Assembly (NCBI GenBank): GCA_947085985.1
Contig: CAMTYL010000004.1
Location: 150,885 to 214,884, forward strand
Length of the DNA stretch: 64,000 bases
Source of the DNA: an uncultured bacterium
GTDB taxonomy: Bacteria; Patescibacteriota; Minisyncoccia; Phycocordibacterales; Phycocordibacteraceae
Direction: 5' to 3'
Shown: positions 37,971 through 46,421 of the stretch, in pieces
Layout: each line of letters begins with the position of its first letter
Numbering within the stretch: the stretch's first letter is position 1
Notes under the pieces: model-generated
Databases searched by the model: none
Told to the model about the DNA's origin: nothing
What the model saw: only the letters and a program-made list of their open reading frames with translations
Translations under genes and position numbers: made by a program

Positions 37971-38176
37971 CAGATATGAAAACCGCCTTTGGCGGCTTTT
38001 TCATATCTGGGCGGCTAAGCAGGTAATCTGCATTACCTGCGAGAGAGAATCGAACGCCGGAGCATGTTTCTCTCAGTAGAGAGAAACAGCGAGGCGGTGC
38101 CCAGAGCAAGCCGAGTGACGACGAGGCGCAGACTCGCGGGCGAAAGTGGTAATCCACGTTTCTCTCTAGCCGCCCA
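37971..38176 (+). mobile_element. tRNA-mirror element behind tRNA-His
   Basis: Antisense segments 38008-38017 and 38043-38054 around an AGCAGG..CCTGC hairpin; distal 17-bp repeat 38160-38176. Confidence 0.72.
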
Positions 38177-38286
38177 AATCAGCCAACCCAGAAGTGAATA
38201 CTTCCGGGTTGTTGCTGTTTGCAGAAGCTAGCTTGTCTTTTGGTCTGGTTGCACATACCATTCCCTTCGGAAAAGGGGGTATCAAC

Positions 38287-38859
38287 ATGTACAAAGTTTT
38301 TGCAGGGTTCAAGGTTCCCGAAATCTTGAACCCGTTTGCGGAAAATATCGACCGACTCGTGGTGGTACACGGCGGACCTGTCGTGCGGCGTAAACACCCA
38401 CTACACGTCACCGTCATGGCGCCACGAACCGTACGAGATCAGCAGCGCCATGAGCTCGAAGCGTTTGCACAGGAGTTCAATACTGACTACGGAAATGTGC
38501 CGTGTCGTATTGCGTCCCTTCAGCGCTACGAGCACCGCAGCAAGAAGTTCTTTGTTGCAAGTCTCACGGGGCAGCAATTGAGCGACACCATTGATCACTT
38601 TCACCACGAGCTGCATAGGAGATTTTCCTTCACACGGCGTCAACATGAGGGAACAAAGCCTCACATAACGCTGGTCAGCTCCAAGCACACGCGAAGGCAA
38701 GAGGTGTTTGACCGCGTGGTCAGTGCCGCTCACAGTATTGAGTACCCGCGAGAGCCTCTCCGTCTCCCGCACATCGTTCTTCATGTCCACAAGGAGGGAA
38801 CAGAATTACCGCACGTTTCGCCGCCACCAGGTGAACCGCACGCTGGGTGGCAGCCATAG
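38287..38859 (+). CDS. 2H phosphoesterase (2'-5' RNA ligase / ThpR-like)
   Basis: Two HxT motifs, 'LHVTV' and 'PHITL', about 90 aa apart; G-rich Shine-Dalgarno before MYKVF. Confidence 0.7.
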   Translation: MYKVFAGFKVPEILNPFAENIDRLVVVHGGPVVRRKHPLHVTVMAPRTVRDQQRHELEAFAQEFNTDYGNVPCRIASLQRYEHRSKKFFVASLTGQQLSDTIDHFHHELHRRFSFTRRQHEGTKPHITLVSSKHTRRQEVFDRVVSAAHSIEYPREPLRLPHIVLHVHKEGTELPHVSPPPGEPHAGWQP

Positions 38860-38918
38860 CGAGTCGGAGAAGGGAGGGTCGCATGACCCTCCCTTGTCAC
38901 TTTGGTATACTCACTTCC

Positions 38919-39338
38919 ATGAAATCATTCATTAAAGAATTTAAGACATTCGCCCTTAGAGGAAACGCCATAGATTTGGCAATCGGAGTCGTGATTGGTG
39001 CGGCGTTCAACGCCGTCACTACCTCCTTGGTGGCTAACATCATGACCCCACCCCTCTCCCTCCTGACCAGGGGTATAAATTTCAGTGATTTGGCAGTTAG
39101 TATTCCTGGTACTGATGCTCACATTCAGTACGGACTCTTTATCCAGGCGGTCATATCTTTTGTTATCACCGCATTCGCGCTCTTCTTGCTCGTGCACGGC
39201 ATGAACAAATTGGCAGCGGCGGCAAAGAGGGAACAGGAAGAGGGAACGGCACCACCACCCCCAAAGAGCCCAGAATTAGAGGTGCTTGAAGAGATTCGTG
39301 ACGCACTCAAAGCGCCAGAAAAGGAAATTAACATCTAA
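38919..39338 (+). CDS. mscL: Large-conductance mechanosensitive channel
   Basis: 'EFKTFALRGNAIDLAIGVVIGAAF', 'LEEIRDAL'. Confidence 0.95.
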   Translation: MKSFIKEFKTFALRGNAIDLAIGVVIGAAFNAVTTSLVANIMTPPLSLLTRGINFSDLAVSIPGTDAHIQYGLFIQAVISFVITAFALFLLVHGMNKLAAAAKREQEEGTAPPPPKSPELEVLEEIRDALKAPEKEINI

Positions 39339-39341
39339 TGC

Positions 39342-40004
39342 ATGAAGCAACTGTTTGCGCTCACCACGATACTAGTAGTTGTGGGCATTGGCGGTTTTCT
39401 ATATAGAAACGCCCTTGAGCGACCAATCACGGTTGGGGAAGGTGAGGGAGCTTGTACAAAAGAAGCGAAGCTTTGCCCTGACGGAAGCGCAGTCGGACGA
39501 ACAGGGCCCACGTGCTCCTTTGCCTCGTGCGCACTACCGAATGCTGAGGACGCCACCATCGGCATTTCTTTTGTCATTCCTGCTGGATACGCGCAAAAGC
39601 CAGACACTGTCGCCTCCGACCAAACACTCCGCTGGGTGCTTGAAAAGCCTCTCAATCAAGATGAGAGCCACTCCATCATCATTCGTCACTACACCACTGC
39701 GCCAGACGAAGACCCTAATGTACTTATTAGAAGGCACTCAGTTCTTGAGCCTAAGGGAGAAGCACCAGAGTCCATGGCCCTCTACGAGATCGCGAACCTG
39801 GGTAGATACGAGTTCCGCTCCATAACATTAGAGCGGTTTGAAGGCATCGTGCGCACCGCCTACTTTTTAGTGCGAGACCAAGACGTACTGCAGTTTGAAG
39901 TTGTAGAGCGTGGCGTTGATTGGACGAACCCTGACCTGGTAATTACTGCGCTTCCTGAACACAAAGCACTACTTTCCTTGCTCACCACACTCCAATCAAA
40001 CTAG
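39342..40004 (+). CDS. Membrane-anchored protein with CTxEAKxCPDGS..GPxC..C mini-domain
   Basis: N-terminal TM plus 4-Cys motif. Confidence 0.7.
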   Translation: MKQLFALTTILVVVGIGGFLYRNALERPITVGEGEGACTKEAKLCPDGSAVGRTGPTCSFASCALPNAEDATIGISFVIPAGYAQKPDTVASDQTLRWVLEKPLNQDESHSIIIRHYTTAPDEDPNVLIRRHSVLEPKGEAPESMALYEIANLGRYEFRSITLERFEGIVRTAYFLVRDQDVLQFEVVERGVDWTNPDLVITALPEHKALLSLLTTLQSN

Positions 40005-40008
40005 ACGG

Positions 40009-40779
40009 TTACTCAAGCAAAAGCAGTAGAGCCATTACCAAGATACCTACTCCAATAGCAATAAGCTGGGTGAACGATTTCTTAATACCCGAAGTTTTAT
40101 GAAGCTCCGGTATCAAGTCCGAGCCGGCTATGTAAATAAACATTCCTGCCGAAAAAGCTGCAATGAGTGGAGCGGCGCTCTCAAAAAAGCTTGCAAGCAC
40201 AAACGCAAGACCAACTCCCACAAAGGCAGAAACTGCAGAGAAGAGGTTCATGATGAGCGCCTGTGTGCGTGAGAATCCCGCGTGCACCAAGAGTGCAAAG
40301 TCTCCAATCTCTTGCGGAATCTCATGAAGAAGAATTGCTGCGGTCGTGGCGATACCAACAGCGGGGGAGACCATAAAGGCCGCACCAATAGCAACACCGT
40401 CAATCAGGTTGTGCATGCCGTCTGATACCAGCACCAGGTGTCCTAGGGGGTGAATGCGAGCATGTTCGGCAGCATCAAGCGGCTCGTCCGCGTGTACGTG
40501 ATGCCAGTGGAGAAATTTCTCTAATACAAAAAACGTGAAGAACCCCGTGAGAACCAGTAGGGATACTGCAAGGGCACTCTCTGCCTCCGCAAATGCCTCT
40601 GGCAAAAGGTGAATGAATGCATCTCCGAGCAGGGCACCGGCTGCAATAGAAATAAGAATAAAAAGCACACGTCGCAAGCGCGCCTCGTTCCAGGCAAGAG
40701 TGACAATACCAAGAAGCGAAACAGAGCTCACGAGGGCGACGGCAACCACTGCTGGAATGAGGTATGTGAGTGTATCCAT
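40009..40779 (-). CDS. ZIP-family metal transporter
   Basis: 'HNLIDG', 'HEIPQEIGD', His-rich loop. Confidence 0.92.
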   Translation of the reverse strand: MDTLTYLIPAVVAVALVSSVSLLGIVTLAWNEARLRRVLFILISIAAGALLGDAFIHLLPEAFAEAESALAVSLLVLTGFFTFFVLEKFLHWHHVHADEPLDAAEHARIHPLGHLVLVSDGMHNLIDGVAIGAAFMVSPAVGIATTAAILLHEIPQEIGDFALLVHAGFSRTQALIMNLFSAVSAFVGVGLAFVLASFFESAAPLIAAFSAGMFIYIAGSDLIPELHKTSGIKKSFTQLIAIGVGILVMALLLLLE

Positions 40780-40810
40780 ATCGTGTACCGTACAAGACAA
40801 TATAATTAGA

Positions 40811-40825
40811 TGCAAATCATTCGCA
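40811..40825. promoter_or_regulatory. Putative Fur/Zur operator
   Basis: 7-1-7 near-palindrome TGCAAAT-C-ATTCGCA between the divergent ZIP and Fur-family genes. Confidence 0.5.
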
Positions 40826-40861
40826 GGTGGAAAAGTTACCTTCTTCGCGTATGATGGGGGA

Positions 40862-41287
40862 GTGAAAACAGCACCACCACAAACGGAACTGCAGCTACTT
40901 AAGACTGCGGGGCTGCGCGCCACGACGCAACGCGTTGCGCTCCTGCACGTACTTTCGCGCGCCACAAAGCCTCAATCAGTAGAGGCGCTTACGCGTTCGC
41001 TGCGAGGGGAATTGGACATGGCAACCGCATATCGCACGCTCAGTACTTTTGTAGAGGCTGGTTTTGTGCGACAAGTAGAGCTTTCAGCGGGTAAGGCGTT
41101 TTACGAGATAGCAGGAGAGCACCACCATCATGTGGTGTGCACTACCTGTAATCGAATTGAGGATGTGGACGTGTGCCTGCCGGACGCTCTTTCTAGTACG
41201 GCACGCAAGTCATCGGGCTTCGCGTCCATACGTGAACACACCCTAGAATTTTTTGGTACGTGTAAGCGATGTGCACGCGCGGTATGA
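40862..41287 (+). CDS. Fur/Zur-family transcriptional regulator
   Basis: 'GLRATTQR', 'ATAYRTL', 'HHHHVVCTTC', C-terminal CxxC; GTG start inferred. Confidence 0.9.
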   Translation: MKTAPPQTELQLLKTAGLRATTQRVALLHVLSRATKPQSVEALTRSLRGELDMATAYRTLSTFVEAGFVRQVELSAGKAFYEIAGEHHHHVVCTTCNRIEDVDVCLPDALSSTARKSSGFASIREHTLEFFGTCKRCARAV

Positions 41288-42411
41288 GCAAAATCATACT
41301 CTCGCTCCTCGTAGCTTTCTCAGTTCTCGCTCCCGTGGTGGCGGTAGCGCAGTCACTTACGCCCGACACTGAAACATTTGAAAGAGCTCGAGTCATATCA
41401 GTGGGAATGGAATCTGTGGCGCAGCTTCCTGGCACTGACACGACCGCAAAGACACAAGAAATTACCGTCAGGGTGCTCTCAGGTGCGGACAAGGGGGAGG
41501 AAGTAACGTTTGTGAATGATTTCACTCAACTGTCTGTTGGGGACGAATTCTTTTTGCGTCACGAAGTGAGCGCGAGCGAGGGGAGAGAGTATTACGCCGT
41601 GGCCGATCCGTATCGTCTACATGTGCTCATCGCACTACTAATCATATTTATTGTGTTGACCGTGCTGGTTGGCGGTAAACAGGGTGTGCGGGGACTCCTC
41701 TCGCTCGCAGGAAGCATGTTTCTCATCATGTATGTGCTACTTCCAGGAATTTCAGCAGGGCACTCGCCAATGGTGGTAGCGATTGGAACCGCATCTCTGA
41801 TTATCATTGCCGGCTCCTACGTGACACATGGAATTAATCGCACCACTACTGCAGCCGTACTCGGAATGATTATTACGGTGGTGATTACGGGCATTGCTGC
41901 CTGGTATACCGTCACTCTTGCACACCTATCAGGGTACGCCTCCGAGGAGGTGACATACGTCTTCTTTCAGTTTAACGGCACCATAGACCTGGTCGGTCTG
42001 TTGCTCGGCGGAATCCTCATCGGTCTTCTTGGGGTGCTGTATGACAGCGCCATTGGTCAGGCGGTTGCCGTAGAAGAGTTGATGCGCGCAGGCAAGGAAC
42101 TCTCTCCCGCACATGTGTTTGGTAGAGCTATGCGTATGGGGCGCGAACACATTGGCGCGCTCGTAAACACGCTTGCTATTGCGTACGTGGGCGCCGCGCT
42201 CCCGCTCCTCTTGCTGCTTGAGAAGGCTTCAGCATCTTTTGCATATCTGGTAAACGCTGAAGTTCTAGCAACGGAAATTATTCGCATCTTGATAGGGAGT
42301 ATCGGGCTCATTTTGGCTGTTCCTATAACAACAGCCATCGCCGTGCTTATTCTTGGTACCTATGGCATTCCTGAAAGAAAAGCGCCCGCCCACCGTCATA
42401 CGCATGAGTGA
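41284..42411 (+). CDS. YibE/F-family membrane protein
   Basis: 'GREHIGALVNTLAIAYVG', 'GSIGLILAVPITT'. Confidence 0.85.
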   Translation: MSKIILSLLVAFSVLAPVVAVAQSLTPDTETFERARVISVGMESVAQLPGTDTTAKTQEITVRVLSGADKGEEVTFVNDFTQLSVGDEFFLRHEVSASEGREYYAVADPYRLHVLIALLIIFIVLTVLVGGKQGVRGLLSLAGSMFLIMYVLLPGISAGHSPMVVAIGTASLIIIAGSYVTHGINRTTTAAVLGMIITVVITGIAAWYTVTLAHLSGYASEEVTYVFFQFNGTIDLVGLLLGGILIGLLGVLYDSAIGQAVAVEELMRAGKELSPAHVFGRAMRMGREHIGALVNTLAIAYVGAALPLLLLLEKASASFAYLVNAEVLATEIIRILIGSIGLILAVPITTAIAVLILGTYGIPERKAPAHRHTHE

Positions 42412-42465
42412 TATACTTGAGATATCCCGCCTTTTTGGCGAATTTAAGAATAAAACTATCGTTGT

Positions 42466-43257
42466 ATGACAGATTTCTTGGCAAACAAGAACGTGCGCTA
42501 CGCAGTACTTAGTGTACTCGTACTTCTCTCACTTTTTCTAGCAGCCGCCACCTGGGACGCGCTTTTTGGTCGCGACCAGTTTGAGCCTACGAATGTGGTG
42601 ACCGTAGAGGGGACGGGCGAAGTGTTTCTCGTGCCGGACGTTGCTCAGATAACGTTTAGTGTCACTGAATCCGCAGCCTCTGTGAAGGCTGCACAAGAGG
42701 CAGCAACTAAAAAGACTGATGCCGCTGTAGAAGCAATAAAGGGTCTTGGCGTTGATGATAAGGACGTAAAGACCCTAAGCTACAATGTCTCACCAAAGTA
42801 TGAGTACAATCAGCCGTGTCGCCCAGGTATGGCGTGTCCTGGCATGGTCTATGGCTCTTCACGCATTGTTGGATACGAAGTATCACAAACCATTGAGGTT
42901 CGCGTAAAGGATACGGCAAAGGCAAGCGAGGCACTCGCAGCGCTTGGCGAAATTGGTGTGCAGAATATCTACGGGCCAAACTTTATGGTTGACGACGAGG
43001 ACGCCGCGCGCGCCGAGGCTCGCGGGAAAGCCATTGAGGAAGCTCGCGCCAAAGCAAAAGTGCTTGCCAAGCAGCTTGGCGTATCGCTTGGCGAAGTGAT
43101 CAGCTACTCAGAGGGTAGCATGTACCCTCAGCCGATGATGTATAGCGCCGTTGCCAAGGGTGGCATGATGGACACTCGTATGGAGGCAGCGCCGTCACTT
43201 CCAACTGGCGAGAACAAGACAACAGTCACGGTCTCTATTACGTACGAGATTCGCTAG
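42466..43257 (+). CDS. SIMPL (DUF541) domain protein
   Basis: 'VTVEGTGEV..VPDVA', 'AIEEARAKA..LA..LG'; terminator 43273-43306. Confidence 0.9.
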   Translation: MTDFLANKNVRYAVLSVLVLLSLFLAAATWDALFGRDQFEPTNVVTVEGTGEVFLVPDVAQITFSVTESAASVKAAQEAATKKTDAAVEAIKGLGVDDKDVKTLSYNVSPKYEYNQPCRPGMACPGMVYGSSRIVGYEVSQTIEVRVKDTAKASEALAALGEIGVQNIYGPNFMVDDEDAARAEARGKAIEEARAKAKVLAKQLGVSLGEVISYSEGSMYPQPMMYSAVAKGGMMDTRMEAAPSLPTGENKTTVTVSITYEIR

Positions 43258-43396
43258 GGAATAAGAACAGTTACGCAAAAACCTCCCAGCAGGGAGGTTT
43301 TTGCGTTATTGACACTTTGGGGGAGTGCGGTATCATATTCACTACATAAAGGCCCGCAGGGCTTTTTTATTTACGAGACGAAATAACTCCAGAGCT

Positions 43397-43585
43397 ATGC
43401 GCGCATTCATCAGCTATCTCAAGAACGTACAGGGCGAGTTGAAGCACGTGGTGTGGCCAAAGCGCAACACGGCAATTATTCACACCGCCATCATCATTTT
43501 GATCTCGGCGTTTGTGGCACTCTACATTGCGGGTCTGGACTACGTGTTCACGAGCGTGGTGAATCGTCTTGTTTCGGGCTATTAG
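43397..43585 (+). CDS. secE: Preprotein translocase SecE
   Basis: 'ELKHVVWP' plus single TM; directly before nusG. Confidence 0.92.
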   Translation: MRAFISYLKNVQGELKHVVWPKRNTAIIHTAIIILISAFVALYIAGLDYVFTSVVNRLVSGY

Positions 43586-43604
43586 TCGGTAATACAACTC
43601 TAGT

Positions 43605-44174
43605 ATGGACACAAAGACCGCACCCCACTTTTCAGAAGAGGCAGAGAACAGCGAGCCACGCTGGTACACCATTCACACCTACGCAGGATATGAGAATGCC
43701 GTTGAGCGCAACCTAAAGCAGCGCATTGAGAGTCTTGGTATGGAGCACAAAATCTTTGAGGTGGTCGTTCCTACCGAGAAGAAGATTCGCGTAAAGGCAG
43801 GGAAGCGCATCGTAGAGGAAGAGAAGATTTACCCGGGCTACATCCTCGTAAAGATGATTGTGGACGAGGACTCATGGTTCGTGGTGCGCAACACGCCCCG
43901 TGTGACTGGGTTCGTAGGAAGCGGCACGACACCGGTGCCAATGGAAGAGAGTGAGGTCACAACGCTTATGAAGCGTATGGGCCAAGAGGCGCCAAAGCAC
44001 CGCATCGACCTCGTGAAGGACGACCCAGTAGCTATCGTTGATGGACCGTTTAAGGATCTCGAGGGCAAGATTGGAGAAATTGACGAGGATCGCGGAAAGG
44101 TAAAGGTGCTTGTAGCTATGTTCGGCCGCGAGACCCCAGTAGAGTTAGATTTCCTGCAAATTAGGAAATTGTAA
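43605..44174 (+). CDS. nusG: Transcription factor NusG
   Basis: 'WYTIHTYAGYE', 'YPGY', KOW 'DGPF', 'FGRETPVEL'. Confidence 0.97.
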   Translation: MDTKTAPHFSEEAENSEPRWYTIHTYAGYENAVERNLKQRIESLGMEHKIFEVVVPTEKKIRVKAGKRIVEEEKIYPGYILVKMIVDEDSWFVVRNTPRVTGFVGSGTTPVPMEESEVTTLMKRMGQEAPKHRIDLVKDDPVAIVDGPFKDLEGKIGEIDEDRGKVKVLVAMFGRETPVELDFLQIRKL

Positions 44175-44294
44175 TCCATTTATGGATTACTAATTTTCTT
44201 ACTTATAAATGTGGCGAGCATTCCCCGCGCCACATTTATGTTAGGAAATAGGACGCATTGACCCAAAGCATTATTTAGGATACATTCCACACAC

Positions 44295-44714
44295 ATGGCA
44301 AAAGCAGTTAAAAAAATCAAACTCCAAATCCCAGGCGGCAAGGCTACTCCAGCTCCGCCTATTGGTACCGTGCTTGGACCTGCCGGTGTGAACATTGGTG
44401 ACTTCGTCAACAAGTTCAACGAGGCAACCAAGGACAAGCCAGGCATCATTATTCCGGTTGAAATGACCGTGTACGATGACCGCACCTTCACCTTCATCAT
44501 GAAGGTGTCTCCGATGCCTCGTCTTATTTTGAAGGCGCTTGGCGTTGAGAAGGGTTCTGGAAAGGCTCCGCTTGCACGTGTCGGTACACTCTCACGCGCT
44601 CAGGTTCGTGAGATCGCCGAGACTAAGATGCCAGACCTTACTGCAAATAGCATTGAGGCAGCAGAGCGCATGGTAGAGGGCACGGCCCGCTCCATGGGCG
44701 TGGAGGTAAAGTAA
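44295..44714 (+). CDS. rplK: 50S ribosomal protein L11
   Basis: '[10 protein letters not shown]', 'GTARSMG'. Confidence 0.97.
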   Translation: MAKAVKKIKLQIPGGKATPAPPIGTVLGPAGVNIGDFVNKFNEATKDKPGIIIPVEMTVYDDRTFTFIMKVSPMPRLILKALGVEKGSGKAPLARVGTLSRAQVREIAETKMPDLTANSIEAAERMVEGTARSMGVEVK

Positions 44715-44724
44715 GGATGCTTAA

Positions 44725-44760
44725 ACAAAAAACTGCAGGGCAAGCCCTGCGGTTTTTTGT
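44725..44760. terminator. Bidirectional terminator right after rplK
   Basis: ACAAAAAACTGCAGGG-caag-CCCTGCGGTTTTTTGT. Confidence 0.8.
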
Positions 44761-44764
44761 ATTT

Positions 44765-45262
44765 CTACGGACGCTCAAGCACCACCCAGTCGTAGGAAAT
44801 TCCATTTTCCTCCCGCGTCTCTCGCGACAATTCATTCGTGAAGTCACTGTAGTCAGGGAAGGTGACGCTACCTGCTGTGGCATCGTCCACAAGCGTAAGA
44901 TACAGGCGACTGGCGAAGGGGAGTGCTGCTCGGTATAACTCTCCACCACCAATTATAAAGATTTCATTGCTGCCTTCGGCTTCTTTTGCGTAGGAGAGTG
45001 CTTCAGGAAATGAGTATGCGGTTTGTGCCCCCTTCGCTTCGTACCAGCCGCTCCTTGTCACTACGAAGTTGGCGCGCCCTGGCAGCGGGCGAAACTTCTC
45101 TGGAAGAGACTCCCATGTTTTGCGGCCCATGATTACGGGGTGCCCCTTGGTAATCTCTTTAAAATGCGCGAGGTCGCCCGGAAGATGCCAGGGCAGATCA
45201 GTGCCGGTACCAATAACGCGGTCGTGTCCGAGGGCTGCAATAAGACTGATGCGAGGGTTCAT
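44765..45262 (-). CDS. folA: Dihydrofolate reductase
   Basis: 'LPWHLPGD', 'MGRKTWES', 'IGGGELY'. Confidence 0.95.
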   Translation of the reverse strand: MNPRISLIAALGHDRVIGTGTDLPWHLPGDLAHFKEITKGHPVIMGRKTWESLPEKFRPLPGRANFVVTRSGWYEAKGAQTAYSFPEALSYAKEAEGSNEIFIIGGGELYRAALPFASRLYLTLVDDATAGSVTFPDYSDFTNELSRETREENGISYDWVVLERP

Positions 45263-45264
45263 AG

Positions 45265-45729
45265 CTAGAGCGTATCAGACGCTGGCATTCGTGCACGAGT
45301 CTCGTGTACTGAAAGAGTACCGTCTTTGCGTGAGACAACGCATACGACGTCCACAGGTTCGTCCCAGGGCTTGCGGGCAAGTGGGGTGGGGGAGAGTTGA
45401 TCGTCAAAACAAAACCCGATGCGTAGCCACTCTACTGGAGCCACTGCCAGGAAGCGGTCGTACCATCCGCCGCCCTGACCAAGGCGAGTACCAAGCACAT
45501 CAAACCTGCGCCCTGGCAGCAATATGGCAGCAGGAAGCTCGCCTAGGGTGGCGCAGGCGCGTGCAGCTTCCTCAGACGGGTTAAGAGACGCGCGTGGTGC
45601 TATTTTGTGTTGTGTAGCAGTCTTCGGCAAATTGAAAAGGAGCTCAAAATCTACCTCCGTGCGGAGTGGTTGATACGTTACAAAGGCTCCAAAAGGGGCA
45701 AGAAAAGCAAATTCCAATTTTCTATTCAT
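45265..45729 (-). CDS. 5-formyltetrahydrofolate cyclo-ligase-like (N-terminally short)
   Basis: 'LPGRRFD..GTRLGQGGGWYDRFL', 'WDEPVD'. Confidence 0.8.
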   Translation of the reverse strand: MNRKLEFAFLAPFGAFVTYQPLRTEVDFELLFNLPKTATQHKIAPRASLNPSEEAARACATLGELPAAILLPGRRFDVLGTRLGQGGGWYDRFLAVAPVEWLRIGFCFDDQLSPTPLARKPWDEPVDVVCVVSRKDGTLSVHETRARMPASDTL

Positions 45730-45750
45730 GTGCCGTATACTAACAATACT

Positions 45751-46419
45751 ATGGCAATAAACGCTGGAATTTTTGGAGACGGCACCAATCTAAAGGACCG
45801 GTATATTCCTGACCAAAAGAAGCTAGCTAGTCAGGTGAAGCATTGGAAAGAGCTTGGGTTGCGGGTGGTGCTTACCTCCGGAACATATGATCTGTTCCAC
45901 GTCGGGCACGCGGAGTATTTGGAGCAGGCGAAAAAGCAGGGAGATCTGCTCATCGTTGGTGTTGATAGTGATGCGAAGGTGCGGGAACGCAAGGGTCCAC
46001 ATCGTCCAGTAGTGCCAGAAGGGGAGCGAGTTAAGATTTTGTCGCATCTCCGACACGTAGATGCAATAACCTTAAAGCCACCAAAAGAGAAAGCGAACGC
46101 ACTTATAAAGTTGATCAGGCCAGATGTGTTGGTACTCTCGAAAAGTACAAAGCACAAGAAAGAGGATATAGAAGAAAAGAAAAAGTATTGCGGCAAGGTT
46201 GTACTTCTTCCACCTCAAGCCGAGACCTCAACAAGTGCTAAGGTCCGTCTCCTGCACACTAGTGGAGCCGGTAAGTTTGCCGAAGAAATCACTCCGAAGC
46301 TCTCTTCCATGGTTGAGCAGAAACTTGCCCACAGCTCCAAACAACTCGCCCAGGCAATCGCGAGCGATATTCCACGGCTGATTGAAGAGACGTTGCGAGC
46401 AATAGAGAAAAAGAAGTAG
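45751..46419 (+). CDS. Cytidylyltransferase-family (HxGH) nucleotidyltransferase, RfaE-domain-II-like
   Basis: 'GTYDLFHVGH', 'GVDSD...KGPHRP', 'TSTS'. Confidence 0.85.
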   Translation: MAINAGIFGDGTNLKDRYIPDQKKLASQVKHWKELGLRVVLTSGTYDLFHVGHAEYLEQAKKQGDLLIVGVDSDAKVRERKGPHRPVVPEGERVKILSHLRHVDAITLKPPKEKANALIKLIRPDVLVLSKSTKHKKEDIEEKKKYCGKVVLLPPQAETSTSAKVRLLHTSGAGKFAEEITPKLSSMVEQKLAHSSKQLAQAIASDIPRLIEETLRAIEKKK

Positions 46420-46421
46420 TC

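Noticed and set aside
26479-38176. tRNA 3'-end direct repeats as attL/attR of prophages or genomic islands
   Set aside because: Only ~170-205 bp lie between the repeats, with no integrase or cargo. The internal antisense copies and shared core are not expected of ordinary att scars.
40613-40965. Overlapping N-terminal extensions of the Fur and ZIP ORFs
   Set aside because: The true starts are more plausibly 40862 and 40779, leaving a regulatory spacer.
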